A stretch of DNA of 64,000 nucleotides from Chara braunii. Its lineage: Eukaryota; Plantae; Charophyceae. This document shows, one piece after another, positions 51,757 through 64,000 of the stretch; the stretch's first letter is position 1, and each line of letters starts with the position of its first letter. The stretch covers positions 6,479,957 to 6,543,956 of the forward strand of contig BFEA01000007.1 in the NCBI GenBank assembly GCA_003427395.1. Reading direction: 5' to 3'. Below the pieces are notes generated by a model. The model searched no databases, was not told the origin of the DNA, and was given only the letters and a program-made list of their open reading frames with translations. Both the position numbers and the translations under genes were made by a program.

Positions 51757-51819
51757 TGCCCAGACTGTCGAGGCTCAGCCTCCTGATGAGTCGGTGAAAC
51801 CCGACGAAACAGTATGGCA
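51757..51819 (+). ncRNA. Type III hammerhead ribozyme, intact core
   Basis: gactGTC-gaggc(tca)gcctc-CTGATGA-gtcgg(tgaaac)ccgac-GAAAC-agt; predicted cleavage 3' of C51769. Confidence 0.92.
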
Positions 51820-52237
51820 CATGCATGCTTCGATTTGCCCGTTCGTTTCAAACAAACGGACACTCAGTCTCAAGCAAACAAAAAAAAGAAAAAAAAAATC
51901 TAAGTAGAATCTAAGAAGAAATCTAAGAAAAAGAAGAAAAGAAAATTAAAATTAAAAAATTCCAACTTACCTCCGAAAACGGCTCGACGCTGTAGAAACG
52001 GCGCCGTTTTCTTCAGAGACTATAAGTCCCTTTCTTCTCAGTGCGCCATCTGGCGCAGTTCGTTTTTGCTCGTTTGTTTGTTTGTTTGTTTGTTTGTTTG
52101 TTTGTTTGTTTGTTTGTTTGTTTTTAGAATTCTTGTTGGCTTATGCCAACGGTCGTGCTGTGTTCGTGGGTTCACCCACGAACTGTTGCAATGCAGACCC
52201 GAGTTCGAGTCTAGATGGACTCAAAAAAAATAATAAA

Positions 52238-52297
52238 AAAAATTGGACTATTTCTCGATTTATGCGTGTCATCCTTGCACAGCGCCCATGCTAATCT
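52238..52297 (-). ncRNA. U6: U6 snRNA 3' half, second copy with 3 substitutions in the ISL/U4-pairing region
   Basis: Minus strand reads AGATTAGCATGGGCGCTGTGCAAGGATGACACGCATAAATCGAGAAATAGTCCAATTTT. Confidence 0.9.
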
Positions 52298-53568
52298 CGC
52301 GCACGGCTGATCTCAGCCGCGAGATCTTCTTGATCGGACGACCGAGATCGACCATGCCTAAAAGACTGGGCTGCTCCAAATGGAGCTAGCCGGGTAGTTA
52401 CAGTTTCCCAGATTCGATCCTGGTGTCTGCTGGGTGGTAGTCGGGTGACGTAACCTACTGGGCTAGCTCCTGTTTCACACTTAACAGGAGCAGCTCTTCA
52501 ATATGAAGAGCTAGCCCAGCTGATTCTCCTGCCTGCGGCCTTGCAGGCTCCGCCTGTATGTGGCCTAGCAGGCCTTCCCAGGCTGTGGCCTAGCAGGGCT
52601 GCCCAGCCTGTGGCCTGCCGGCATTCCTGCCCGTGGCCTACCCATACCGGTTAGCCGCGTGACCGCGGCTTGGTCGGCCATCGAACCGGGTAAGCCTTGG
52701 CATTGGCCTATCGGCCCCAAGGCTCGACGTCAAACCCCGAGGCCTGCGTCGCGGCCTTATACCCCGCGCAACCCTCTTTTTAGCCCACTTAAGTCCTGAA
52801 TCGCGCGGCTGCTTACTTTAGGTAGACTAGGTGTAACTCTAGTCTTTCCATAACTGCACACTACTGCGGTCTCGTCCAAAAACCCGCGGATGACAGTGCT
52901 GACTTCCGCTATCTCGTGCGGACGTCGATGTCATCTTGCGTTGACGACGTCAGGTTCTAAAAGGTTTAGGTTTCTCAGTCATAGCACTGGTCTGAATAAA
53001 TGTTTGGCAAACATCAGTCTCATCAAGTCTTTCAATTCAACGCAAGAGTCGGACAACGTCCAACGTTCAAAAACACCGGCAAATACCCTTGTCAGGGTTT
53101 TTGCCCCGACAACGCCTCCCAGCAAGAATCTGACCTGGTTTTTCTTCTAGAAGTCGCAAGTGGGCTGAAGCTGCAAGCGGGGTTGGCGTGGACCTGCAAA
53201 ACCAAGAGATTCCAATACCCCAAGCCCCTCACACCCAAGCAACCTGGCAACCCCTCCCACACGGAAGAACACACGTCCCAACGATGCCCAAAAGGATGTC
53301 TTCTAGGAAATGTCGTCGAAAGGTCGCCGAAAAAAAGTACCGAGGAACTTCAAAGCCGAAGAGGCCGTTGAAAAAGTTGATGCCGAAACGAAAACTTTTG
53401 AAGAAACTGATGCCGAGAAAATGCCGTTGAAAAAGTTGATGCCGAAAACAAAAATTGCCGAAAAAACTGATGTCGATACCAAAAAAAATGAGCCCTCCGC
53501 TACCTGTCATGCTCGTTCTCCCTCTTACCGTAGTCCTTGAGCCGACCGAGGCCACGAGAGAAAGCCCA

Positions 53569-53586
53569 TCCCCGGCAACGGCGCCA
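53569..53586 (-). promoter_or_regulatory. Primer-binding site, tRNA-Asp
   Basis: TGGCGCCGTTGCCGGGGA, 3 nt after the LTR end ...CTGACA; complementary to the plant tRNA-Asp(GUC) 3' end, as used by Athila-type elements. Confidence 0.9.
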
Positions 53587-53589
53587 TTT

Positions 53590-54550
53590 TGTCAGCCGGG
53601 GAGCTACCCTTTGTCTCTGGTCTCAGATATCAAGGTGCTTAGTGGTCCGAAGGCTGCCCCTTTTCGCTCCACTCCCCCGGCACTAACTGTCTCAGCCTAG
53701 ACTGGGTTCGGTAGCCCTAGCATTCCCCATGGTCACCCCCTCTCCAGCCCTCTTGAGCCGGTCGAGGCCACGAGAGAAAGCCCATCCCCGACAACGGTGT
53801 CATTTTGCCAGTCGGGGAGCTACCCTTTGTCCCTGGTATCAGATATCAAGGTGCTTAGTGGTCCGAAGGCTGCCCCTTTTCGCTTCACTCCCCCGGCATT
53901 AACTGTCTCAGCCTAGACTGGGTTCGGTAGCCCTAGCATTCCCCATGGTCACCCCCTCTCCGGCCCTTTGGCGTGGCTCTGGCCTAGGCCTTCGCCCTTA
54001 TCAGACTTGCGCCCTTAGTCCAATAGCGGTACGATCCGACACCGAAAAGAATTACCGACGAACTCGGTTGCCAATGGGGAAAGGAACCCAGTTTTGAGTT
54101 GACAATGGGAGGGGGGCGAACAGTTTGGGTTTGCGGAACTGCGGTTTGGTGAAGACTAAGATTTGTTAAGTCCACGGGGCACCCATACCACGACATCAAG
54201 GTGGATAACAGTACTACGGAACTAAGTTCAGCGTTGGATAAAAGGGTCTCCTCAAATTTCGGGAACTTGGTTCAGCGCAGAGGAAACATAGTTTCTCGAG
54301 ATTAAGGGACTTGGTTCGAAGCAGAACAAAATGGAACTGGGTTCGGTGGAGGGTAAAACAGGATTTCCCAAAGTCATTAAAACTCAGTCTGGTGCAGAAC
54401 AGAACTGCACCACATGCTCGGATGAGTCTCGAGCTTCAAAGTAAAGCAAACACCTACGCGAAACTCAAATAAAACCCGGGGTGAAAAAATGAAAAGGTTT
54501 GTATGAAAGCCGACCAAAAAAAGGACGTTTGGGAGCTTGACCCGAACCGT
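53590..54550 (-). repeat. 3' portion of the 5' LTR, with a ~217-bp tandem duplication of the LTR-end/PBS junction
   Basis: Matches 21927-22670; ~53536-53752 is repeated at ~53753-53969 with a degenerate second PBS. Confidence 0.85.
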
Positions 54551-55111
54551 TGTCGGGACTGGTGGGTCCCGAATAACATTCCGTCACTCGAGAAATGGTA
54601 TATAGCCAGATTGTGCACGACAGAGAAATATGGAGTAAGGAGGAAAGAGAGATAAAAGACAAAGAATTAGGGCGCAGGAGGGAGTGATGCCCTGGGGTGA
54701 GAACCACAGAAGGAGAGAACCAGCGACAGCAAGCAAGTAAGCGCAAGAACAGGGGCACATAGAACATAGCGTGAGGCCAGGAGGGCCGTTGGAATTCAAC
54801 AAGACTAAGGCCGAGGGGCCATCAAACCGACAAACACGGCACGGGAGCGACAAAAGAATGAGGAAGTCGAGAGATGAACGGCCCCGGAGGCCGTGGGAAG
54901 CTAGAGAACAAGGGTCCAACATGGGGGCCACTGACGGGAGCCTCGGGTTGGAGGCCCCGCGACCATGGGACCGGCGCGCGCAAGCCGCAAGAAAGACAAT
55001 GGAGAGGGGTCACCTGGGGGCGACAAACGCCCAAGGAACGTAGGACACCTTGCGGAAAGGCACCTCGGGCCACGTGGGACAAAAAAAAAATAATGGCATC
55101 CGAGACAAAAC

Positions 55112-55238
55112 GTGTCGGGAACCACCGACGGGACTAAGTGTCGGGGACCACCGACGGGACTAAGTGTCGGGGACCACCGGCAGGACTAAGTGTCGGGGAC
55201 CGCCGACGGGACTAAGTGTCGGGGACCACCGACGGGAC
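55112..55238. repeat. 26-bp tandem repeat x5 (gtgtcggggaccaccgacgggactaa)
   Basis: Direct inspection; each unit can form a gtcgg/ccgac hairpin. Confidence 0.9.
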
Positions 55239-58200
55239 GAATGGCGGGGACATATGAAGGTCTCAAGAGAAAACGACGGCACCATATGAAGGAAAAATAA
55301 TTAAGGCAAGGTGCACGGTCAAGATCAAGATCTTGGCGACCAAGAATATTAGCACCACTCGTGCAAGCACTAGCGGTAGTTAACGGGAAGGCCGAAAGGA
55401 AAATAAAAAGTAAAGAAACATGAAGTGGGGGGCATGAGAGCAATCCGAAAAATCTCGGATCTGCCTCCCTTAAGAAAATGGAGTCAAAAGAGACCCCATG
55501 TGAAAAATAGGTCTCCGAGAGAAAATCGGAGTAGAGAGGGTCACTATGGGAGAAAAATAGAGGAGAGAGGGAGCTCCCATGGGCATGAGAAGACCATTAT
55601 TGCAGTCCGAGAAATAGCGGACTGCAACTTGGGCATAGGAAGGGCCAATACTAAGAGGATGGGGCTAGAACAGGGCCTTAACGGCCACTTGACACTTGAC
55701 ATGCTAGGAAAAAAGAAAGAAAATAAAAGCAAATGTGGGAGAATAAGACAAAAAGAGTGAGAGGGAGTGAGTGAGTTGGCCGTCAGTAGGGACTGCCACA
55801 AGTAGGGACCGGCGGGTCCCTACCGTCCAAGGAAGGAGGAAAAAGAAAAGAAAAGAAAAAAGAAAATAAAATAAAAGAGAAAAAGACCTTAACGGTAAAA
55901 AATGACCACTTGGGGAGATACATCCGTGACCAGATTCATTCTGGAATATAGTGGTTGCAATGGACTTTGATTTTCTTTGATTTTTACAGATAAAATCAAA
56001 GAAAATCAAGACCCCATGCAACCGAAAAATAACAGAGTACATGGGGGAGGAAAAACACATGTTCTAGTTGCATCCGGAGTCAAAATTGGATCCGGATGCA
56101 CTTGGAAGTTGACCGTTTCTTTTTTTTTCAAGAAAGGGCTAGTTGTGGGGCATTGGGGCTAGGGAATTAACCCCTATTGCAGTTCGAGTTGCAACGGACT
56201 GCATGGGGAAGGGAAAACACATATTTTAGGTGCATCCGGGGCTAATATTGAGCCCGGATGCACTTAGAAATTAAACGCTTCATTTTCGTTTAGCATAGGG
56301 CAAGTTGTAGAGTTGTGGGACTAGAAAAATGATCATGATTGCAGTCCGAGAAATAACGGACTGCATGGGGATGCCTAGGCTAAGGGAAAATGAGCCACGG
56401 CAAGCCCGAAATGCTAGAAAGGAGCAATTTCGGCATAAGGCAAGTGGAGACGGTAAACGGCAACCGTGAGATGAGATCTCACGACCTAGAAAAATCGGCA
56501 CACATGTGGCACCTAAGGGAGAGATGTTGGGATCACCAAGGGCAAGGGGGACCAAAAATAAAAATGGGACACCGTCCGAAATGTTGTCGAGGACCAAATG
56601 GGTCCAGATAATGAACGTCGAAAAAAGGGGCACGCGCCGGCGGGACTACCGGTGGGACAAGAAAATGAAACTAGTACGGAGAAAAGTGGCGGGGACTTGA
56701 GATGTCCCAAGGGAACCATGGGCCAACGCAAGAAATAATTGCGCAAGGAAATGACACTGTCGAGATCGAGGATCTAGACGGTGGAAAATATTAGCACCTC
56801 TAATGCAAACACTAGTGGGGGCAAGTGGGAGAGTCATGAGAAGAAAAGAAAGTAAAATAATGGTGTTGGGAGGGCTGCCCAGCAGTCCGAAATATCTCGG
56901 ATCAGCTAGGCATAAGAAAATCGAGCCTCAAGAGGCTCAACATGAGAAAAATGTTGTCCAAAGAAAATTGGAGCAAAAGGGGCTCAAAATTGGACAAACG
57001 GAGGCAAAATGGAACCCCTAGGAGCATGGGGGTGCTATTATTGCAATCCGAGATATAACGGTCAAGTACCAGCCATGAATCTGGCCTTGAATAAGGCCCC
57101 AAGACCGAGAAAGAAGGTGCACAGCTGCTTGACACTTGTCACAACTGAAATAAAAGAAAAAAAAAGAAAAATGAGAGAAAATGGAGAAAGAATGAGACAA
57201 AAGGGGAAAAAAGAATGAAGGAGGTGTACACTAGGTACTGGCAGTTCCCAACTGCGACCTCATCCCTTCTAGAATGAGGGAGGGCAATCCGGATTGTAGA
57301 GATATGACCCTTGGGGCCATATCTATACAAAATCTGAATTAAAAAGAAGAAAATAAGGAAAAATGCAAAAGGGGAATTACTGTTTTTTTTTAACCATGGA
57401 TCTGATATCAGATCTCATAGTAGAGAGGAACTAGCCATTTTTTATGGGCCAGCTCAAAACAGCTAGCTCCGGAATGAGGTGGCAACCCAAAATGGAAAGA
57501 AACGAAAGAGGGAAAAAGACAAAATTGTGCATTTGACCCAAAAAGAGAGCCAGGTGCAAAAAAAATCAAACAGTGGACTAAGGGGCTCAAATTTGAAGCA
57601 AGGGCTACTTGGGGGTGACACGGAATATTGTTGGCCTTGGATCTCAGCCAGATCCAAGGCTAAAAATGCACCGTTGCATGGGAAAATATCTTGGCCTACC
57701 CAAAATGGGGTATAAACTGAAAAAATCGAGAAAAAGGTCCACTAGGTTTTTTTCTCTCAAGTAAAGTTGCCCCTTGGGCATTAGGACCCAAGGGGGCAGT
57801 ATTTTGGAAGTGAAAAGGGGGCTGAAGGAGGCCAAGAGGCAATCCGAGTTGGTAACAACCACACAGACTACATGTATTTGGCCAAAAAGAGGTCTGGGTA
57901 CCTCCGGAAGGGCCTAGTAGTGAAATTTTGCCTTAGGGGTACGTCGGTTCACCTCAAGGCACATGGGGAGGCCCATGGGCTGGCTGAACTGCTGGTTTCA
58001 GCCTACATAAGCTGGGAATTCAGTCCGCCACATTCACAATTGAATGAGGAGTGCCCATGATGCTCAAGTGAGCTCATAGGAGCACTCTTTCACTTGGAGA
58101 GAGGAGAGGGGAACCCATGCCAGTTTGGGAGCTTAGAGGAGACTATGAACAAGGGAGGGGAGCTCTAGAGGCTAGTGGTAGTGAGGCTGGCACTAGGGAG

Positions 58201-58697
58201 GTGATCCGCCATAGCCCCCAAGGTGTGAGGAAGAGAAAGAGGCTAGAGGGAGTCTCATTAGCCCTCCTAGAGGGGAGGACTCCATAGCCATAGTGAGAGG
58301 AGTTTGCCATAGCTTGAGAAGAGAGAGAGAGGAAGGAGAGGGAGGCTTAAGGAAGAAGGGAGCCATAGCCAAGGAAGTGTTTGTGCAAGGAGAAAGAAGC
58401 CTCATCAAGGTTGAGACTCCATCTCCAAGACATCAACAAGGTGAGTGGAAGGAAGAATATTAGCCTTCTACCTCTTCTTGTTCTTCTTGTTCTTCTTCTT
58501 CTTCTTCTTCTTCTTTCTCTCCTTCTTTTTCCTCTTCTTCTTCTTATTCCTCTCTTCTTCTCCTTCTTCTTCTTCTATCACTCCTTCCCTCATCTTCCTT
58601 CTTCTTCTTCTTCCCCCCCTTTTTTTCCCCTTCTTGTCTTCTTCCTCTTCTTCTTCTTCATCTTCTTCTTCTTCTACTACTTCTTCTTCTTTTTTCC

Positions 58698-60240
58698 TTT
58701 GGTCTATTTCAACTTCTGCTTTTCACTCACAAACTAGTAGGTAGTGCTTTGATTCTTTCATGGATGATCTCTTGCTCAAAACTTCTGATTTGGTCTACTT
58801 CAACTCTTACTTTTCACTCACACACTAGTAGGTAGTACTCCGATTCTTTCATGGATGATCTCTTACTCAAATCTTGTGATTTGATTTACTCTAACTCTTG
58901 TTTTTCACTCATATACTAGTAGGTAGTGCTCCGATTCTTTCATGGATGATCTCTTGCTCAAAACCTGTGCTTTGGTTTACTTCAACTCTTGCTTTTCACT
59001 CACACACTGGTAGGCAGTGCTACGATTCTTTCATGGATGATCTCTTGCTCAAAACTTGTGATTTTGTCTACTTCAACTCTTGTTTTTCACTCACACATTT
59101 GTAGGTGGTGCTCTGATTCTTCTATGGATGATCTTATGCTCAAAACTTCTGATTTGATTTTCTTCAACTTTTGTTTTTCACTCACACACTAGTAGGTAGT
59201 GCTCCGATTCTTTCATGGATGATCTCTTGCTCAAAACTTGAGACTTGGTCGACTTCAACTCGTGTTTTTCACTCACACACTAGTAGGTAGTGCTCTGATT
59301 TTTTCATGGATGATCTCTTGCTTAAAACTTGTGATTTGGTTTACTCCAACTCTTGGTTTTCACTCACACACTAGTAGGTAGTGCTTTGATTATTTCATGG
59401 ATGATCTCTTGCTCAAATCTTGTGATTTGATCTACTCCAACTCTTGTTTTTCACTCATATGGTAGTAGGTAGTGCTCCGATTCCTTCATGGATGATCTCT
59501 TGCTCAAAACTTGTGATTTGGTCTACTTCAACTTTTGCTTTTCACTCACACACTAGTAGGTAGTGCTCCGATTCTTTCATGGATGATCTCTTGCTAAAAT
59601 TTTGTGATTTGATATACTCAAACTCTTGTTTTTCACTCATATGCTATTCTTTCATAAATGATCTCTTGCTCAAAACTTGTGATTTTATCTACTCCAACTC
59701 TTGCTTTTCACTCACACACTAGTAGGTAGTGCTCCGTTCGTTCATGGATGATCTCTTGCTCAAATCTTGTGATTTGATCTACTCCAACTCTTGTTTTTCA
59801 CTCATATGTTTGTAGGTAGTGCTCCGATTCTTTCTTGGATGATCTCTTGCTCAAAACTTGTTATTTGGTCTACTTCAACTCTCGCTTTTCACTCACACAC
59901 TAGTAGGTAGTGCTCCGATTCTTTCATGGATGATCTCTTGCTCAAAACTTATGATTTGGTCTACTTCAACTCTTGCTTTTCACTCACACACTAGTAGGTA
60001 GTGCTATGATTCTTCTACGGATGATCTCATGCTCAAAACTTGTGAGCTGGTCTACTTGAACTCTTGCTTTTCACTCACACACGAGTAGGTAGTGCTCTGA
60101 TTCTTCTATGGATGATCTCATGCTAAAAACTTGTGATTTGGTCTACTCTAAGTCTTGCTTTTCACTCACATGCTAGTAGGTGGTCCTCCGATTCTTCCAT
60201 GGATAAACACTGGCTCAAAACTTGTGTTTTGAACTAGCCT
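58698..60240. repeat. 91-bp tandem array, ~17 copies
   Basis: ttttcactca recurs at 58811, 58902 and onward. Confidence 0.95.
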
Positions 60241-60454
60241 AGCTAATGCTTTCCGCTCACAAAGTACATTATGACATTCCATTTCGAACTTGGTTGCATT
60301 CATGAGCTATGAGTATGTGTTTGAGCAAGTCTCACTCACATGCATAGCTCAATTCTCTCATGATGACATTCCGTTTCAAACGTGGTTGCAGTCATGAGCT
60401 ATGAGCATGTGTTTGAACAAGTCTCACTCACATACACAGTTCAATTCTCACATG

Positions 60455-63400
60455 ATGACATTCCGGTTCATACTTAGTTGCTCTTTCCTCCATGTGCATG
60501 TGGTTTTCATTAGTTCAACCTTCTCATTGTCAAGTTCATGTGTGTTATAATGTTTCGGTTCATACTTTGTTGATCTTTCTTCCATGTGCATGTTCTTTTC
60601 ACTAGTTCAATCTTCACATCGTCAAGTTCATATCTGTTGTAGTGTTCCGGTTTATACTTAGTTGATCTTTCCTCTATGTGCACGTGCTTTTCACTAGTTT
60701 AATCTTCACATTGTCAAGTTCATGTATGTTGTGATGTTCTGGTTCATACTTAGTTGATCTTTCCTCCATGTGCATGTGTTTTTCACTAGTTCAATCTTCA
60801 CATTGTCAAGTTCATGTGTGTTGTAGTGTTCCGGTTCATACTAAGTTGATCTTTCCTCCATGTGCATGTGCTTCTCACTAGTTCAATCTTCATATTGTCA
60901 AGTTGATGTGTGTTGTAGTGTTCCGGTTCATACTTAGTTGATCTTTCCTCCATTTGCATGTGTTTTTCACAAGTCTAGCCTTCTCATTGGCAAGTTCATG
61001 TGTGTTGTAGTGTTCCGGTTCATACTTAGTTGATTTTTCCTCCATGTGCATGTGTTTTTCACTAGTTCAACCTTCTCATTGTCAAGTTCATGTGTGTTGT
61101 AGTGTTCCGGTTCATACTTAGTTGATCTTTTCTTCATGTGCATGTGTTTTTCACTAGTTCAAACTTCTCATTATCAAGTTCATGTGTGTTGTAGTGTTCC
61201 GGTTCATAATTAGTTGATTTTTCCTCAATGTGCATGTGCTTCTCACTAGTTCAATCTTCGTATTGTCAAGTTCATGTGTGTTGTAGTGTTCCGGTTCATA
61301 CTTAGTTGATTTTTCCTCCATATTCATGTATTTTTCACAAGTTCACCCTTTTCATTGGCATGTTCATGTGTATTGTAGTGTTCCAATTCATACTTGGTTG
61401 ATTTTTCCTCCATGTGCATGAATTTTTCACTAGTTCAACCTTCTCATTGTCAAGTTCATGTGTGTTATAACGTTTCGGTTCATACTTAGTTGATCTTTCC
61501 TCCATGTGTTTTTCACTAGATCAATCATCACATTGTCAATTTCATTTGTGTTGTAGTGTTCCGGTTCATACTTAGTTGATTTTTCCTCCATGGGCATGTG
61601 TTTTTCACTAGTTCAATGTTCACATTGTCAAGTCCATGTGCGTTGTAGTGTTCCAATTCATACCTAGTTAATGTTTCTGCCATGTGTATGTGTTTTTCAC
61701 TAGTTCAACCTTCACATTGTCAAGTTCATGTTTATTGTAGTGTTCTGGTTCATGCTTAGTTGATCTTTCCTCCATGTGCATGTGCTTCTCACTAGTTCAA
61801 TCTTCACATTATCAAATTCATGTGTGTAGTAGTGTTCCGGTTCATACCTACTTGCTCTTTCTTCCATGTGCATGTGTTTTTCACTGGTTGAACCTTCTCA
61901 TTGTCAAGTTCATGTGTGTTGTAGTATTCCGGTTCAAACCTGGTTGCTCTTTCTTCCATATGTATGTGTTTTTCACTAGTTCAATCTTCACATTGTCAAG
62001 TTCATGTGTGTTGTAGTGTTCCGGTTCATACTGAGTTGATCTTTCCTCCATGTGCATGAAAGTTTCACTAGTTAAATCTTCACATCGTCAAGTTCATGTG
62101 CGTTCTAGTGTTCCAGTTCATACCTATTTGCTCTTTCTTCCATGTGCATGTGTTTTTCACTAGTTCAACCGTCACATTGTCAAGTTCATGTGTGTTGTAG
62201 TGTTCCGGTTCATACTTAGTTGATCTTTACTTCATGTACATGTGTTTCTCACTACTTCAATCTTCACATTGTCAAGTTCATGTGTGTTGTAGTGTTCCGG
62301 TTCATACCTAGTTGCTTTTTCTTCCATGTGCATGTGTTTTTCACTAGTTCAACCTTCTCATTGTTAAGTTCATGTGTGTTGTAGTATTCCGATTCATACC
62401 TAGTTGCTCTTTCTTTCATGTGCATGTGTTTTTCACTAGTTAAACCTTCTCATTGTCAAGTTCATGTATTGTGTAGTATTCCGGTTCATACTTAGTTGCT
62501 CTTTCCTTCATGTGCATGTGTTTTTCACTAGTTCAACCTTCTCATTGTGAAGTTCATGTGTGTTGTAGTGTTCCGGTTTATACTTAGTTGCTTTTTCCTC
62601 CATACGCGTGTGTTTTTCACTAGTTGAACCTTCTCATTGTCAAGTTCATGTGTGTTGTAGTGTTCCGGTTCATACTTAGTTAATATTTTCTCCATGTGTA
62701 TGTGTTTTTCAATAGTTTAACCTTCTCATTGTCAAGTGCATGTGTGTTGTAGTGTTCCGGTTCATACTTAGTTGATCTTTCCTTCATGTTCATGTGTTTT
62801 TCACTAGTTCAACCTTCTCATTGTCAAGTTCATGTGTGTTGTAATGTTTCGGTTCATACTTTGTTGATCTTTCTTCCATGTGCATGTCCTTTTCACTAGT
62901 TCAATCTTCACATCGTCAAGTTCATATCTGTTGTAGTGTTCCGGTTTATACTTAGTGATCTTTCCTTTATGTGCACGTGCTTTTCACTAGTTTAATCTTC
63001 ACATTGTTAAGTTCATGTATGTTGTGATGTTCTGGTTCATACTTTGTTGATCTTTCCTCCATGTGCATGTGTTTTTCACTAGTTTAATCTTCACATTGTC
63101 AAGTTCATGTGTGTTGTAGTGTTCCGGTTCATACTAAGTTGATTTTTCCTCCGTGTGCATGAGTTTTTCACTAGTTCAATCTTCACATTGTCAAGTTAAT
63201 GTGAGTTGTAGTATTCCGGTTCACACTTAGTTGCTCTCTTGCTCGTGTGAATGTGTTCCACTAGTCGTTTGTCAAGTTCAAACATGTGTTGATGTCCCGG
63301 TTCACACTTAGTTGCTCTCCTACGCATGTGAATGTGTTCCACTAGTTTTTTGTCAAATTCAAATATGTGTTGATGTTCCGTTTCAAACTTAGTTGCGCTC

Positions 63401-63580
63401 TTGTGCATATGAATATGTTTCACTAGTTCTTTCGTCACTTTGTCAAGCTCAAGCATGTGTTCCGGTTCACACTTAGTTGCTCTTCTTCCTCTAGTTCAAT
63501 CCTCACCTTGTCTAGTTCAAGCATGTGTTGATATTCCGGTTCTCATTTAGTTGTTTTTCTACTCGTGTGAATGTGTTCCA
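60455..63580. repeat. 92-bp tandem array, ~33 copies, degenerate at the right end
   Basis: ccggttcata recurs at 60831, 60923, 61015 and onward. Confidence 0.95.
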
Positions 63581-63707
63581 CCAGCTCAATCTTCAAGTTC
63601 AAGTGTATGGTAGTGTTCCATTTCAACACTTGGTGGCTCTTTCCCTATGAGATGGGTGACTGGCATTTGGCTGCTACTACGGCGTGATGATTTGATTAGG
63701 ACTAGAA

Positions 63708-63792
<85 letters not shown>

Positions 63793-63891
63793 TTNNNNNN
63801 NNNNNNNNNNNNNNNNNNNNNNNNNNNNNNNNNNNNNNNNNNNNNNNNNNNNNNNNNNNNNNNNNNNNNNNNNNNNNNNNNNNNNNNNNNN

Positions 63892-63939
<48 letters not shown>

Positions 63940-64000
63940 TTGGCATATAACTAACCCTTCATCCCTCACCTGTTACATTGCGAGGGAATGAACGGTAAAG

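Larger units (their letters stand above)
48322..53111. repeat. Long direct repeat unit, copy 2 (hammerheads, U6 half, 54-bp internal repeats)
   Basis: Colinear with 42581-47050. Confidence 0.95.
21927..54550 (-). mobile_element. Giant decayed Ty3/Gypsy LTR retrotransposon (possibly composite or nested); 5' LTR interrupted at 54551
   Basis: Direct repeat 21927-22670 = 53807-54550 starting with TG; tRNA-Asp PBS; PPT; gag-PR-RT-RH-IN domain order. Confidence 0.8.
54551..63977 (+). mobile_element. Nested LTR-like insertion into the 5' LTR; right end unresolved
   Basis: Begins TGTCGG exactly where LTR-LTR homology stops; TATA-like cctacataag ~58002, GA-rich tract, donor aag|gtgagt ~58440, tandem arrays. 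Confidence 0.5.

Noticed and set aside
58698-63580. CRISPR-like appearance of regular repeats (also 55112-55238)
   Set aside because: Contiguous tandem units with no unique spacers and no cas genes; eukaryotic context
63971-63982. TGTTACA as the far end of the Gypsy element or of the 54551 insertion
   Set aside because: The following bases (ttgcg) match neither expected TSD (aacga or accgt) nor a PBS; left unresolved

Overview
Eukaryotic, repeat-saturated DNA with several N gaps and no supportable host gene. It is plant/streptophyte-type, judged from the U6 3' end and a tRNA-Asp primer site; the repeat style suggests a charophyte alga such as Chara, which is an inference. The dominant feature is a decayed, very large minus-strand Ty3/Gypsy LTR retroelement. 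Its left (3') LTR starts at 21927, a PPT lies near 26663, and gag-PR-RT-RNaseH-IN runs 33572->26685. A tRNA-Asp PBS is at 53569-53586 and the right (5') LTR starts at 53590, interrupted at 54551. The ~20 kb between PBS and gag is unusual. It holds an operon-like run of ~10 short co-oriented ORFs with abutting or overlapping stop/start codons (38.6->34.4 kb), two ORFs whose ATGs sit directly on splice acceptors (42.2, 41.7 kb) and a conserved ~270-nt structured RNA module (40.1-40.35 kb). It also holds a duplicated ~4.5-4.8 kb unit; both copies carry the 3' half of U6 snRNA fused to a hairpin-rich RNA, and the gap-free copy carries tandem type III hammerhead ribozymes. A second, more decayed element family (13.6-21.9 kb, with an inverted, internally deleted copy at ~8.7-10.3 kb) shares several non-coding modules and a hammerhead. 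The first 13.5 kb is microsatellites with nested solo-LTR-like units and hAT-like MITEs. The last 9.5 kb is another LTR-like insertion with 91-bp and 92-bp tandem arrays.
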